Virus record (IMG/VR): IMGVR_UViG_3300028388_003330
Location: 1 to 64,000 of that record
Length of the DNA: 64,000 bases
Reading direction: 5' to 3' (one strand)
From: a virus
Shown: positions 1 through 9,610 of the stretch, one piece after another
How the letters are laid out: each line of letters begins with the position of its first letter
How positions within the stretch are numbered: position 1 is the first letter of the stretch
Translations under genes and position numbers: made by a program
Notes under the pieces: model-generated
Database searches by the model: none
Seen by the model: the letters and a program-made list of their open reading frames with translations, nothing else
What the model was told of the DNA's origin: nothing

Positions 1-469
1 TTGCTTTGTCGGTCTCCGCCAACTTAGAATAAAGCATCTCGTCAAGCTGCTTGTTAAGCTCTTCTCTCAATGCCTGTTGTTCGCTAGATGCCTGTGATAG
101 AAGGTCTGAGGCGTTCAGAGAGACGTTGTCGCCCGGTATAGGTACATTGCCTCCAAACTTACCTCTAATCTGCCCTAGAGTCTCTTTTGAGAGTGCTAGA
201 GCGAATCTTCTGATCCATTGTTGTCCAACAGAGTTAATGCTTTCAAATGGAATGTTCTCCATTGGCATTGTGTTCATGTTATTCACACCAGTTACGCCGT
301 TGTCTCCATTTGATTCTTCAAAGGCATCGTTCCCACCAACTGTAAATCTAAACCAGAATCTTTCTGGTGATACGCTTTGCGGTGTTGGGTAAAGCTTAAG
401 CTTGTTGTCTACAATTTCATATGAATAGTGTGACGTTCTCGTGTAGAGATGGTCTTCGTATGCAATTGC
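1..469 (-). other. Fragment of a T4 gp13-like neck protein gene from a different phage (probable chimeric join)
   Basis: Translates to YEDHLYTRTSHYSYEIVDNKLKLYP...QWIRRFALALSKETLGQIRGKFGGNVPIPGDNVSLNASDLLSQASSEQQALREEL, which matches the gp13 C-terminal pattern; more AT-rich than the adjacent DNA. Confidence 0.7.
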
Positions 470-1195
470 CGCTGCAGCGCCAGATACAGGAAGGAAGGAT
501 GCGGCAGTGCTGCCAATCGCATCAAGGGCGCGCTGACGACCCTCGTCCCATTCCTGCTTCACATACTCGTCCAGATCTGCCATCGCATTCAGATCGGACT
601 CTTTTACGGGCTTGCTGCCCGGTGCATACATCGCGTCGTACTTGGTGTTAAGCCGCCCACGACCTTCTTTCGTAATGAAGATGTCGTAACCGTTTTCAGG
701 ATCAACCATCACGCCAATAGAATTACGATATTCTTTCAGCAGGCTGATGATCTTCTTAAACACTGATGGACGCAGTTCAAGAATCACAGGGCCGTCATCA
801 GAATCGTCAACGCGCACCGCGTTGACGAGAATGGAACTGTTTGCCCGAGAGTCTTCAAGCGCCTTGATCACGTCGTCGTAGTTCTTGCCGTCTTTTGGAA
901 CGCTGGCTTTCGCCTGCGAAATCGCATCACAGATGGCGCACTTCTGTCCGAAAGTCTCCTTGCGGCACATGTAGACGGCACGCAACGTACGACCTTCTTG
1001 ATCGGGTTCAGGGGAGTGGATGAAGTGCTGCCCCCAATCATGCCAAAACACACCGTTAAGATAGTCACCCTTCCAGTTCGGAAGGATGCGCCAGCGAGAC
1101 TTTCCAGAAGGCACGCGAACAGTTTTTTCCCGACGCCCAGACCGCTCGTCCAACTGCTGCTGCTTCTTTTCGATGAGGTCCATCAAGTTAGCCAT
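1..1195 (-). CDS. T4 gp32-like single-stranded DNA-binding protein (frame open off the left edge; C-terminus probably chimeric)
   Basis: Own translation from ATG 1195: MANLMDLIEKK...RWRILP...FWHDWGQHFIH...C..ETFGQKCAICDAI...DPENGYDIFITKEGRGRLNTKY, a gp32-like pattern; no stop before position 1; adjacent to UvsY-like gene and dnaE. Confidence 0.75.
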   Translation of the reverse strand, partial: MANLMDLIEKKQQQLDERSGRREKTVRVPSGKSRWRILPNWKGDYLNGVFWHDWGQHFIHSPEPDQEGRTLRAVYMCRKETFGQKCAICDAISQAKASVPKDGKNYDDVIKALEDSRANSSILVNAVRVDDSDDGPVILELRPSVFKKIISLLKEYRNSIGVMVDPENGYDIFITKEGRGRLNTKYDAMYAPGSKPVKESDLNAMADLDEYVKQEWDEGRQRALDAIGSTAASFLPVSGAAAAIAYEDHLYTRTSHYSYEIVDNKLKLYPTPQSVSPERFWFRFTVGGNDAFEESNGDNGVTGVNNMNTMPMENIPFESINSVGQQWIRRFALALSKETLGQIRGKFGGNVPIPGDNVSLNASDLLSQASSEQQALREELNKQLDEMLYSKLAETDKA

Positions 1196-1287
1196 AAACA
1201 CTGTTTCCTATTAAAAGGGCCTTTTCGTTAAATAACTTTTCAGCCGTTAGTAAGTGCCGTTTCGTCATCGAATGACTTTTAGGCGGT

Positions 1288-1305
1288 TAGATCACGCATT
1301 ACTTA
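1288..1305. promoter_or_regulatory. 18-bp operator-like palindrome (TAGATCA-CGCA-TTACTTA)
   Basis: Matches consensus TAAGTMA-N4-TKACTTA; upstream of SSB gene. Confidence 0.55.
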
Positions 1306-1785
1306 TTGTTGCATGACATCTTTGAGGGAGTCGCGCTCCCTGCGAGAAAGCTCATCGGCAATTTGAATCCGAAGCTCTCCCTTCATTTCTTCATGGACGT
1401 TCTTACTCACCTGAACGATCATGTCCCGACGCTGACGGAACGCATCAGAAGCCACCTTGCCAATGTCCGATTGATAAACCGCTTTTGCGTATTCGTTATT
1501 GGCGCTAATGACTGTGGAATCTGTGGCGACAAGCTTTTCCAGAAGAGCTTCGGTGAACTTCTCACCCTTTTCCTTTAACTCTTCGCGGATAGCCAGATAA
1601 CGATTAGCCTCTACCGTCTTGAGATGCGTTTTGTATAAGGACGCTTGCAAAGCGGCTTTGGATGCCATCATTCCATAGTGGCTGGACAGTGACGCTTGCT
1701 TAACCATCGCGTCGTCTAGCGTCGTCTCGTCGAACGCCAGATCTTCTTCCAATTCATCGGGGTTGATGAAGCTTTTCACCTGCAT
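1303..1785 (-). CDS. UvsY-like recombination mediator protein
   Basis: Helical ~160 aa with KFTEALLEKLV..D...(F)RQRRDMI pattern; strong RBS before ATG 1785; lies between dnaE and SSB. Confidence 0.65.
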   Translation of the reverse strand: MQVKSFINPDELEEDLAFDETTLDDAMVKQASLSSHYGMMASKAALQASLYKTHLKTVEANRYLAIREELKEKGEKFTEALLEKLVATDSTVISANNEYAKAVYQSDIGKVASDAFRQRRDMIVQVSKNVHEEMKGELRIQIADELSRRERDSLKDVMQQ

Positions 1786-1844
1786 GGATTCTTCCCTCCT
1801 GCTCCTGTTCCTGCTGTGGATCAACTATAGTAAGAATCACGCGG

Positions 1845-1862
1845 TAACGCAACGCTTACTTA
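1845..1862. promoter_or_regulatory. Operator-like palindrome (TAACGCA-ACGC-TTACTTA)
   Basis: One perfect half-site; intergenic upstream of the uvsY-like gene. Confidence 0.5.
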
Positions 1863-1872
1863 CTCTTTGCCG

Positions 1873-4800
1873 TTAACTAATCACTTCCGCCACAAGCTCA
1901 AAGGTCTTGTTCAAAATCTCTTGATGGGCGCTGTGATGATAGATCGTCGCCGGGTTGATTCCGACAATGATTGTGGCGTCCAAGGTCTTGTCATAGATGA
2001 CCTTGTTGGCGATATCCGTGTAGCCACCCTTCAGATCAGGAACCAATTTCCTAGCAATCGTAGCACCTAGTGCCACAATTACTGGCGGTTTCAGGTACTC
2101 AATTTCCCGTTCCAAGAACGGGTAACAACCATTAATCTGTTCGTTCGTCATCACCTTGCCGTCCTTCTTTGCCTTCAGCAGCGTGGTGAAGTACATGTTC
2201 CTCATAGACAGGTCCGCATGCTTCATCGCTTCCCTGACGTACTTGCCGCTTTTTGCTGCCATCAACTCCCCGGCTTCTTCCTCAATCCATGTCGGGCAGT
2301 CTGTAATCACCATCACTTTCGGTGACTTGCCCATCCTTGGTTTTAAATGAGGTCTGCCAGCAAGATTGCAGTTCTCGCAACCGTCAAACTCTTTCGTAAG
2401 TCTGATGATTTTGGCGGAAACGAACTTGTCGATTTCCATTTTCCGGTCTGTCTTGACCATCTGAACGATCAGCCCCGGAATAAACTCAATCTGGTCGCGC
2501 AAACGATCAGGGTGCAAGACAGGAAGCCCGCCCTCAATCTCGACAAAGGAACCAATCCTTTGCAAACGCTCACGCACCGTCTTGTTGATGCGTTTGCCTT
2601 CCATAAAATTCTCAAAGTCGGCATAGCTTTTGAAGCGACCGCCCGCCTGTGTCCGCGCTTCAATGATCCGGTGACAGGAGCGTTCTGAAATCCCCTTCAC
2701 ACGATTGAAGGGAATAATTAGCTTATACTTATCAGCCTTTGTATCGAACACCACTTCAAACACGTCGCTGGACCGATTGATGTCAGGCGGAACCACCATG
2801 ATGTCCTTGTTTGCAGCGTCCTGAACCAAGCCCTGCAGCTTGTCTTCGTCCAGAATGGACAGGGAAGCCGCGTAGAACTGCGCTGGGTAATACTGCTTAA
2901 CCCACATCGCCCAATAACTGATAATCGAATACTCAACCGAGTGTGACTTGTTGAAGGCGTATCCGGCGAACTTCTGGATCTTATCGAACAGCATTTGGGC
3001 GCGGCGCTCCAACATATCAGAATGTAATTTGCAGCCCTCAACCCACTTAGATTCCTGCTTCGCCATCATTTCCGGGTCTTTCTTACCCATTGCTTTACGC
3101 AGGTGATCGGCGTCCGACATGGAGAAGCCCGCCAAGTCCTGCGCGATCTTCATGACCTGTTCCTGATAGACGATAACGCCGTAGGTTTCCTTAAGCGCCT
3201 CAACCATGTTGGGATGCTCGTAATGGATCGGCATCACTCCTTGTTTGGTCGCTACGAAATCCTCCATCAAGCCAGAGTCCATAGGGCCAGGTCGATACAA
3301 CGCTGTTGCTGCCGCGATATCCTCAAACGTCAAGCCGCGTACACTGATGTCCCGCAACAGCTTCCGCATACCCGGAGATTCAAACTGGAACACGCCAATG
3401 GTGTCACCCATTGCGAACGCGTTCAGCACCTTCTCATCGTCCAGCGGTAGCTTTTGATAATCGACCAGAACACCGTGATCGCGCTTGATCATATGCTTGG
3501 CGATGTTGAGAATATCCAAGGTCGAAAGACCCAGGATATCCATTTTCACCAAACCCTGTTCCTCGACAACGCGCTTGTCCCAGTTGACCGTGACATCATC
3601 GCCCCGCGTTTCCACAACGGCACGATTAACAATCGGTTCTCCAGCAACAACGATACCCGCTGCGTGTCTACCCAGACTGCGCATCTTGCCCTGTAACTTC
3701 TTCGCGTGTTCCCACACAACAGGGTGGTTTGTTTTGAAGGCATCAATTTCCGGAACAACCTCTGCCGCTTGTTCCATTTCATATGATTTGCCGTGTAACG
3801 CAGGAACCAGCTTTGACGCGGAATAGGCGTCTCTCTCCAGATTGAACACGCGGGACACATCACGGATTGACCCTGCGGCTCCAAGACTGGTGAAGTTGCT
3901 TATACCCGCAACGCAATCTCTGCCATAACGATCCACAAGGTATTGAACAACCTCTTGCCGTCTGGATGACATGAAGTCGAGGTCAGCATCAGGAAGATCC
4001 AGACGATCCGGGTTGATGAACCGTTCAAAAATCAATCCAAACCGCAGAGGATCGACATCGGTAATACCCAACAGGAATGCGATCAACGAGCCGCCTACTG
4101 ATCCTCGACCTGGGCCTACGGTGATATCGTTGCGCTTGCTCCACTGCACCAAGTCCTGCACCAACAGGAAGTAGCGTTCAAAACCCATCTGACGCAGCAC
4201 TTTCAGTTCGGTTTGCAGGCGTTCCTTATACTTTGGCAAGTCTGCGGGGTCCGGCTTGAATCCTAGCTGTTGTTGACCAAGTCGCTTAGTCCAACCCTTC
4301 TTAACTTCAGAAACCAGCGTCTCGCGCTCATCATCAGCCATCTTTGGAAGCGACACATCCGACGGCTTCCAGACATAATTAATCTGGTTAACGAAGAATT
4401 CCTGGTTTTGAATAGCCTCAACCCAGACAGCGCCCGACCAACTGTCGAGCTGTGCCATACGCTTGTTCAACCTCTCAGATGCCGCTTCCGCTTTGTTCAC
4501 TAATTCGCCATGTTCGCAAAACGTGAACGACCGTATTTGTTGAACAGGACGCCACGCATCCGTGATCTTGGCGTTCATTGCAATGGCTGACATCACATCC
4601 AGCGTGTCGGCATCCTCTTCTGTAAGGTACATCGCCGGATATGTCAGCAGCACCGGAAGCGATAATTCTCGGGAACAACTGATGGCACGGATGTTCAGTG
4701 TATCGAACAGCACACTGTCGATGGGGCACAATTCCACAAACGTCTGAGAGCTTCCACAAGCGCTTGCCATTCTCTGGATATATCCGCAGTAGTCTTCTTT

Positions 4801-5259
4801 ATGGCAGACGCTTAGAAAGTCTCCTGTAGACGCTAGCAAATGCCCCCGAGATAGCTCGCTTAGCAGTTCTTCGAATCCGATCCGAGAGTGATGGTAGAAG
4901 TGATCTGCTTGATTGGCGATGGACAGCAATCGATACAGCGACCGGATTCCTTCTTCGTTCTTGGCGTAAACCTTCACGAAGAACTCTTCATTGGGCTTCG
5001 TGCGCTGCTTCTTTGGGGTCTTGTCGAGCGGGTCGTCAACGATTCGAATCTTGCAGCCGATAATCGGCTTGATATCGTTCTTCAGACACGCCTTAGTAAA
5101 AGGGATCATTGACGAAATGCTCATGAGGTCCACAAGCGCCACAGACTTGTAGCCTCGCTCTTTCGCCAATGCTGGAATTTCTGTAGGGCTTAACAGCGAA
5201 TGCCCGATACTGAAGTCGGACATTACCGAAAGCGCATGCTCAGCTTTCAACTCCCCCAT
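1873..5259 (-). CDS. dnaE: DNA polymerase III alpha subunit with C-terminal uracil-DNA-glycosylase family-4-like domain
   Basis: GPGRGSVGGSL, FERFINPDR..LPDADLDF, HAAG, KMDILGL, GVFQFES, YQEQVM, FNKSHS motifs; C-terminal CENC...KVMVITDCP...EREIEYLKPPVIVALG. Confidence 0.95.
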   Translation of the reverse strand: MGELKAEHALSVMSDFSIGHSLLSPTEIPALAKERGYKSVALVDLMSISSMIPFTKACLKNDIKPIIGCKIRIVDDPLDKTPKKQRTKPNEEFFVKVYAKNEEGIRSLYRLLSIANQADHFYHHSRIGFEELLSELSRGHLLASTGDFLSVCHKEDYCGYIQRMASACGSSQTFVELCPIDSVLFDTLNIRAISCSRELSLPVLLTYPAMYLTEEDADTLDVMSAIAMNAKITDAWRPVQQIRSFTFCEHGELVNKAEAASERLNKRMAQLDSWSGAVWVEAIQNQEFFVNQINYVWKPSDVSLPKMADDERETLVSEVKKGWTKRLGQQQLGFKPDPADLPKYKERLQTELKVLRQMGFERYFLLVQDLVQWSKRNDITVGPGRGSVGGSLIAFLLGITDVDPLRFGLIFERFINPDRLDLPDADLDFMSSRRQEVVQYLVDRYGRDCVAGISNFTSLGAAGSIRDVSRVFNLERDAYSASKLVPALHGKSYEMEQAAEVVPEIDAFKTNHPVVWEHAKKLQGKMRSLGRHAAGIVVAGEPIVNRAVVETRGDDVTVNWDKRVVEEQGLVKMDILGLSTLDILNIAKHMIKRDHGVLVDYQKLPLDDEKVLNAFAMGDTIGVFQFESPGMRKLLRDISVRGLTFEDIAAATALYRPGPMDSGLMEDFVATKQGVMPIHYEHPNMVEALKETYGVIVYQEQVMKIAQDLAGFSMSDADHLRKAMGKKDPEMMAKQESKWVEGCKLHSDMLERRAQMLFDKIQKFAGYAFNKSHSVEYSIISYWAMWVKQYYPAQFYAASLSILDEDKLQGLVQDAANKDIMVVPPDINRSSDVFEVVFDTKADKYKLIIPFNRVKGISERSCHRIIEARTQAGGRFKSYADFENFMEGKRINKTVRERLQRIGSFVEIEGGLPVLHPDRLRDQIEFIPGLIVQMVKTDRKMEIDKFVSAKIIRLTKEFDGCENCNLAGRPHLKPRMGKSPKVMVITDCPTWIEEEAGELMAAKSGKYVREAMKHADLSMRNMYFTTLLKAKKDGKVMTNEQINGCYPFLEREIEYLKPPVIVALGATIARKLVPDLKGGYTDIANKVIYDKTLDATIIVGINPATIYHHSAHQEILNKTFELVAEVIS

Positions 5260-5852
5260 ATTTTATACCGCCCCCTCTCTGTTCTAACGACCGACAACGC
5301 TAGCAGTGTGTGAACCACTATCAAAACATGCGAGTTGGCTGTTCCATAGGACCAGTCGTTCTCCTTCATTAACCTGCTGCGCAACTCTGAATTGGTGAAA
5401 CCCTGATCCAGCAGCATTTTGCAAGCCACATACATGTAGCGATGCGATTGACGGTACTTGAAAGGATTGACGCCTTGAATCAGATTGGCATGCAAATCGA
5501 TGCCGTGTTTGTACATGTATTTTAGAAGCCGTTCTGCTTTGGAATAACGACCTTTAATTTCTTCAAGCGCCTGCTGTTCACGCTTGGTAATTTCCAGCGT
5601 GTAAACTTTGGTTTTGCGCTGAACTTCGGGGCTTCCAACTAGTTTGATTGTGTGGCTAACTTCCGCGCCTTCTCTGCGAAGTGCCGCAATGTAGTCTTCA
5701 ACGTTCATTTTAACCGAAATGCATGACAGGTGTTCTGCAGTCTTCTGCTTACAGCGGGTAAAGAACTCGCAGTTTTGGCACTGTTGAGACTTGGTTGACA
5801 AACACACAACCAAGCCAAAACAGTTAGGCGTTTTATTGCTTATCACCGACAA
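5247..5852 (-). CDS. Hypothetical protein with N-terminal Cys cluster and C-terminal winged-helix-like segment
   Basis: PNCFG...C...CQNC...C motif; overlaps the dnaE start. Confidence 0.7.
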   Translation of the reverse strand: MSVISNKTPNCFGLVVCLSTKSQQCQNCEFFTRCKQKTAEHLSCISVKMNVEDYIAALRREGAEVSHTIKLVGSPEVQRKTKVYTLEITKREQQALEEIKGRYSKAERLLKYMYKHGIDLHANLIQGVNPFKYRQSHRYMYVACKMLLDQGFTNSELRSRLMKENDWSYGTANSHVLIVVHTLLALSVVRTERGRYKIWGS

Positions 5853-5865
5853 CTCCTAGAGCTAA

Positions 5866-5883
5866 GCGGGGCAAATGCCCCGC
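5866..5883 (-). terminator. GC-rich hairpin downstream of the CobS-like gene
   Basis: GCGGGGC-AAAT-GCCCCGC; weak U tract. Confidence 0.4.
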
Positions 5884-5891
5884 ATGTGGAA

Positions 5892-7055
5892 TTAGAAGGT
5901 GATGAAACGCTGTGCGAGGTTTTCCGCTATCTCCTTATCGATGGGAGTCATACGATTGGTGATAGCGAATTGAACACCTGCGATGATGCTGCCCTTCATC
6001 GATCCGATTTTGGCAGCGTGTATGAGTTCGCGAGGACCAACAGTAGCGCCGATCTTTTTGCTATCGAAAGCCTTCCTGATCTCTTGTGCCCAATCAATGA
6101 GCATTTCGGCGTCTTCCTTAGTGACACCACCCTGACCCTGTACGACGCTTGTTTCATGCCGCTTGGACATGTACTCGACAGGAATCGTCATGCCGAAACG
6201 CGAGTAGTTCGCCGCGTTTTGGATGTTTGTACCAGAGTATAGTCCATGTTCGTCGCCCGTTCCGTTGGTGTTTCCAGTTGCGACGAAGCGGAAGTTGGGG
6301 TGCGGCTTGATGATCCTGTTCTCGCGATCAGCCTCTTTTATAACAAGCGGCTTTCCTTCAAGCACCGGTTGATAAATCGCAAGGATCGATGGGTACGCGA
6401 AATCGTATTCATCAGCGAGATACAGCCATCCGTACTTCATCGCTAGCGCTAGCGGACCCAGTTCGAAGATCGTTTCTCCGGCCTTCACTGTCCACTGCCC
6501 GACAACATCGGTTTCCAGCATGTTTTCAGTATGTTGCACCCGCATGAACGGACGATGTGTGTAATGGCACATCTGCTCCACGACCGTCGTCTTTCCGGTT
6601 CCAGCGTGTCCGTACAGATACGTCGGCGTATTGATTTCGATGCCGAGAAGCAGGTTTTTGAGAACATCGATGTCCCAAATGTAGTTTTCGTCCTGCTCCG
6701 GAACTAAGTGGTCGTTTTCTGATGCACCGCAAACAGTGATCGGAATTCCTTCGCCTTTGATGTTCCGCGCCGCCTTCATTTTGCCCAATCCGAACACGTC
6801 ATGAAGGTGGGCAGTACGCTGCGATGACGAAAGCTGAACCACCTTGTCGTCATCATCATTGATGATCGGTGCTGCTCCGATCATCCGCGTCATCTGGCGC
6901 TCGCGGATTTTTTCTTCCGCCTCGTCGCTCAGCACCGGATGACCCGGATACGTCTCGCGATAGGTTTCCAGGCTGACTTCCGGATGCGCCTTAATCAGGT
7001 GCAGTTGAACGCTGTGAACCAAGTCTCCACAGATTTGACAGGTTATCTTACCCAT
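5892..7055 (-). CDS. CobS/MoxR-family AAA+ ATPase with N-terminal C2H2-like zinc finger
   Basis: Walker A GHAGTGKT, Walker B YLADEYD, HPNFRFVATGNT, N.A...RF; N-terminal CQIC...HL...H. Confidence 0.9.
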   Translation of the reverse strand: MGKITCQICGDLVHSVQLHLIKAHPEVSLETYRETYPGHPVLSDEAEEKIRERQMTRMIGAAPIINDDDDKVVQLSSSQRTAHLHDVFGLGKMKAARNIKGEGIPITVCGASENDHLVPEQDENYIWDIDVLKNLLLGIEINTPTYLYGHAGTGKTTVVEQMCHYTHRPFMRVQHTENMLETDVVGQWTVKAGETIFELGPLALAMKYGWLYLADEYDFAYPSILAIYQPVLEGKPLVIKEADRENRIIKPHPNFRFVATGNTNGTGDEHGLYSGTNIQNAANYSRFGMTIPVEYMSKRHETSVVQGQGGVTKEDAEMLIDWAQEIRKAFDSKKIGATVGPRELIHAAKIGSMKGSIIAGVQFAITNRMTPIDKEIAENLAQRFITF

Positions 7056-7070
7056 ATTCTTCCCTCCTGC

Positions 7071-7088
7071 TCAGTTGCCACTTACTTA
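7071..7088. promoter_or_regulatory. Operator-like palindrome (TCAGTTG-CCAC-TTACTTA) abutting the RBS of the CobS-like gene
   Basis: Consensus match. Confidence 0.55.
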
Positions 7089-7127
7089 TTGCTACAAGTA
7101 AATAGTATCGCGTTGAGTACGGTCAAT

Positions 7128-9224
7128 CTACTTTCCTTTGAGACTTGCCAAAAGGATCGTCTTTAGCTTACCCATTACAGCGCTGGGCAAGTCCTCGACC
7201 TTATTCAAAACTAGATTGTCGGTGTAGTAGTCCTCAACTGCCCGACTCAAGATACCGATTCCAATGATATTGGTATCAGTCTTTTCGATATCGCGGATAA
7301 CCCTCCGAGTGTATTCCCGAATATCATACGAACTACCCATCGCAGCAGGAGCACCGTCGGACAGAACGATCATCAACTTACCGTTCTCTCTGCGACTCTG
7401 TAAACGCCGATAGCACAGTTCAATCGACTCACCATCAACGTTGTTCCACAGATGACCGTTTTCTGGATAGTCCGCGAACCGATATTTGACTTCAGGGGTA
7501 AAGCGCTCATCGAAGGTCTTGAAGATCGGAAGATAGATTGCTTCGCCTCGTGAGAAGAGATTACCCTTCTCCTGCGCTTCGAAGAACTCCCTATGAACTT
7601 CTTCAGTGAAAGGCTTCGTCGTAAATCCGATCACTTCATGCGGCACGTCGATGCGCTCCAGCACAGAAGCCAGCGCGTATGCAGCCTGTGCAGCGGTCAG
7701 CATCTTGAAACCCGCCATCGATCCAGAGCAGTCAACAACCAACTGAACAGCAACATCGTTGGTGATCTTCTGTTCCTTCTGACGGAACACCCGCATATCC
7801 ATTAACTCGGGGTGCTGCTTACCAATTGCGAGTTTAGATAGCGACCGAGAGTTAAGCGAACCTTTGCGCTTTCCTCCTGCCCAGCGGATCATGCTTTGCG
7901 CTTTGATAAGGCGTTCCAGTTCCTTCTCCATGACGCCAAGCATGTGATCGACGGTGTCTTCCATGAGCCCAACTTGACCTCGCTCTGGATACTTAGGCTT
8001 CCAGATTTCGACCACATCTTCGTCCGTTGTAAACGCCCTGTATGTTGCGGACTTGCCAATTTCTTCTGCTTCCTCAGAGATTGCCGCTGATACACCCATA
8101 TCGAAGTCGTTAACAGCGTTTTCCCAATCCTCTAGCGAGAAGTGGTAATCGTTGTCATCGGTGTTCATTTCCTTGTCTGTGTTGGTCATGACAAGCTGAT
8201 CGTCGTCATCACCATCGGAGTCGTCAGAGTCGGATTCATCGGACGATGCGCCGTCAGAATCTATTCCATCATTAGAAGGCGTCGTATCTTCATTTTCCGA
8301 TCCGGGTTCATCATCCTGACCAGATTCCTCTTCGTCACCGTCTTCTTCGCCTTCGTCGGAGCTTCCGCCTTCGGATTCCTCTTCGTCACCGTCTTCGTCG
8401 GAATCAGAATTATCGCCACCAGATCCACCTTCCTGCTCTTCATCACCCTCGTCCTGATCCTCATCCTGACCAGACGCGCTACCCTGCGTTTCTTCCTCGT
8501 CGTCATCCGGGGAGTTATTGTCGGGCGACATTTCCTCATCACCCGATCCAGTCGGATTCGAAGGAGGCGGTGGAGGGGTTGCTGCGCTGTCTTTGAGGCG
8601 ACGATGCATCTCTTTGGCGATTTCGTAGGAGTCTTGGGTAGATGCGATATGACCGATGCGTTCAATGATGTCATCACCAACGATCTTGACGAATCGCTCC
8701 AAGTGCTCCCACTTGTCTTCCATGAACCGCTGAACATCACGCTGCCCGCTCCACGCACGAACCGCTGGAACGAACAGGATGCCTTCGATTGCCTCCTTGT
8801 CGTTGTTCTGAATCGCTTCAGCGAGCTTGGGGGAGATGAACTTGCGCAAGAAGAAGTCCCGCACGTTGTCCAAATTGTATTCGGACCCTCGAAACCGCTT
8901 CTGCATGCATCGCTCAACAAACGGGTCTTCAAGGATGTTGTGCTCCTGACCGAAACCCTCCTGCGAGGACTTCATCAGAAGGTCGAAGTCGGAGAACAGC
9001 AGATGACCAACTTCGTGATCCAGAAACCCCTGAATCGCGTTTAGCAGGTCATCGCTCGCGTTGTCCGGAATATAAGGAATGTTGACGCGACGAACTTCAC
9101 CGTTTCCGTGATGCTCGACATACGCCTGCGAACCCCGCTGAGTGACTTCGATATCCCGTCCACTCAGGATTCGAGTCACCGACTTAACGGCTTCGCGAAT
9201 AAGAAAAATACGGTCATTAAGCAT
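7128..9224 (-). CDS. CobT-like protein: N-terminal HExxH domain, acidic linker, C-terminal vWA domain
   Basis: DHEVGH...NILED; D/E-rich linker; MIDAS DCSGS, NVDGE, LSDGAP; adjacent to its AAA partner. Confidence 0.88.
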   Translation of the reverse strand: MLNDRIFLIREAVKSVTRILSGRDIEVTQRGSQAYVEHHGNGEVRRVNIPYIPDNASDDLLNAIQGFLDHEVGHLLFSDFDLLMKSSQEGFGQEHNILEDPFVERCMQKRFRGSEYNLDNVRDFFLRKFISPKLAEAIQNNDKEAIEGILFVPAVRAWSGQRDVQRFMEDKWEHLERFVKIVGDDIIERIGHIASTQDSYEIAKEMHRRLKDSAATPPPPPSNPTGSGDEEMSPDNNSPDDDEEETQGSASGQDEDQDEGDEEQEGGSGGDNSDSDEDGDEEESEGGSSDEGEEDGDEEESGQDDEPGSENEDTTPSNDGIDSDGASSDESDSDDSDGDDDDQLVMTNTDKEMNTDDNDYHFSLEDWENAVNDFDMGVSAAISEEAEEIGKSATYRAFTTDEDVVEIWKPKYPERGQVGLMEDTVDHMLGVMEKELERLIKAQSMIRWAGGKRKGSLNSRSLSKLAIGKQHPELMDMRVFRQKEQKITNDVAVQLVVDCSGSMAGFKMLTAAQAAYALASVLERIDVPHEVIGFTTKPFTEEVHREFFEAQEKGNLFSRGEAIYLPIFKTFDERFTPEVKYRFADYPENGHLWNNVDGESIELCYRRLQSRRENGKLMIVLSDGAPAAMGSSYDIREYTRRVIRDIEKTDTNIIGIGILSRAVEDYYTDNLVLNKVEDLPSAVMGKLKTILLASLKGK

Positions 9225-9242
9225 TTTTATCCTCCCTCCTGC

Positions 9243-9260
9243 TCAGTAAGCTGATACTTA
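9243..9260. promoter_or_regulatory. Operator-like palindrome (TCAGTAA-GCTG-ATACTTA)
   Basis: Consensus match lying between a putative -10 (GATAAT, minus strand) and the RBS of the CobT-like gene. Confidence 0.6.
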
Positions 9261-9322
9261 TCATTATCGTCAAAAAAAACGGCCCTTCAATCGCGCCGTT
9301 TAAGTTGCCGTAAAAACGCTTC

Positions 9323-9610
9323 TTAAACCGCATACAGCGTCGGTCTGCGTATGATGGCCGCATGAGGCTCAGTTAAAAGAAGATGTTTGTCGGCAACAGA
9401 ATTCGCAATCAGCACGCCTCTTGCTCCGTTCAGGGCGCACTCGACAGAATGCACCAAGAAAGACCCGCAGTCGTGGGTTTCACGAATCACCAACCGCTCT
9501 AACGCCCCGTACAACTGATTGTCTGCCAAGTGAAAAATCTGAATTTCCGCCGACGCGATATTGGCAAACGACATTAAACTCTCTAAGCGCACCTTCGTCC
9601 TCCTTTGCAA
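9323..9610 (-). CDS. Hypothetical protein (start uncertain)
   Basis: ORF divergent from the repressor; no recognisable motif. Confidence 0.4.
   Translation of the reverse strand: MQRRTKVRLESLMSFANIASAEIQIFHLADNQLYGALERLVIRETHDCGSFLVHSVECALNGARGVLIANSVADKHLLLTEPHAAIIRRPTLYAV

Noticed and set aside
1873-5259. Intein or intron in dnaE (also checked terL and helicase)
   Set aside because: Motif spacing is continuous; no C-start/HN-end insertion or LAGLIDADG motifs
8323-8396. 23-bp direct repeat GATTCCTCTTCGTCACCGTCTTC
   Set aside because: Encodes a repeated EDGDEEES in the acidic linker; low-complexity coding duplication
8142-9044. 300-aa plus-strand ORF
   Set aside because: Antisense shadow of the acidic, low-complexity CobT-like gene
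5892-9224. Cobalamin biosynthesis auxiliary metabolic genes
   Set aside because: No cobN or pathway genes; AAA-vWA pairs are generic chaperone modules
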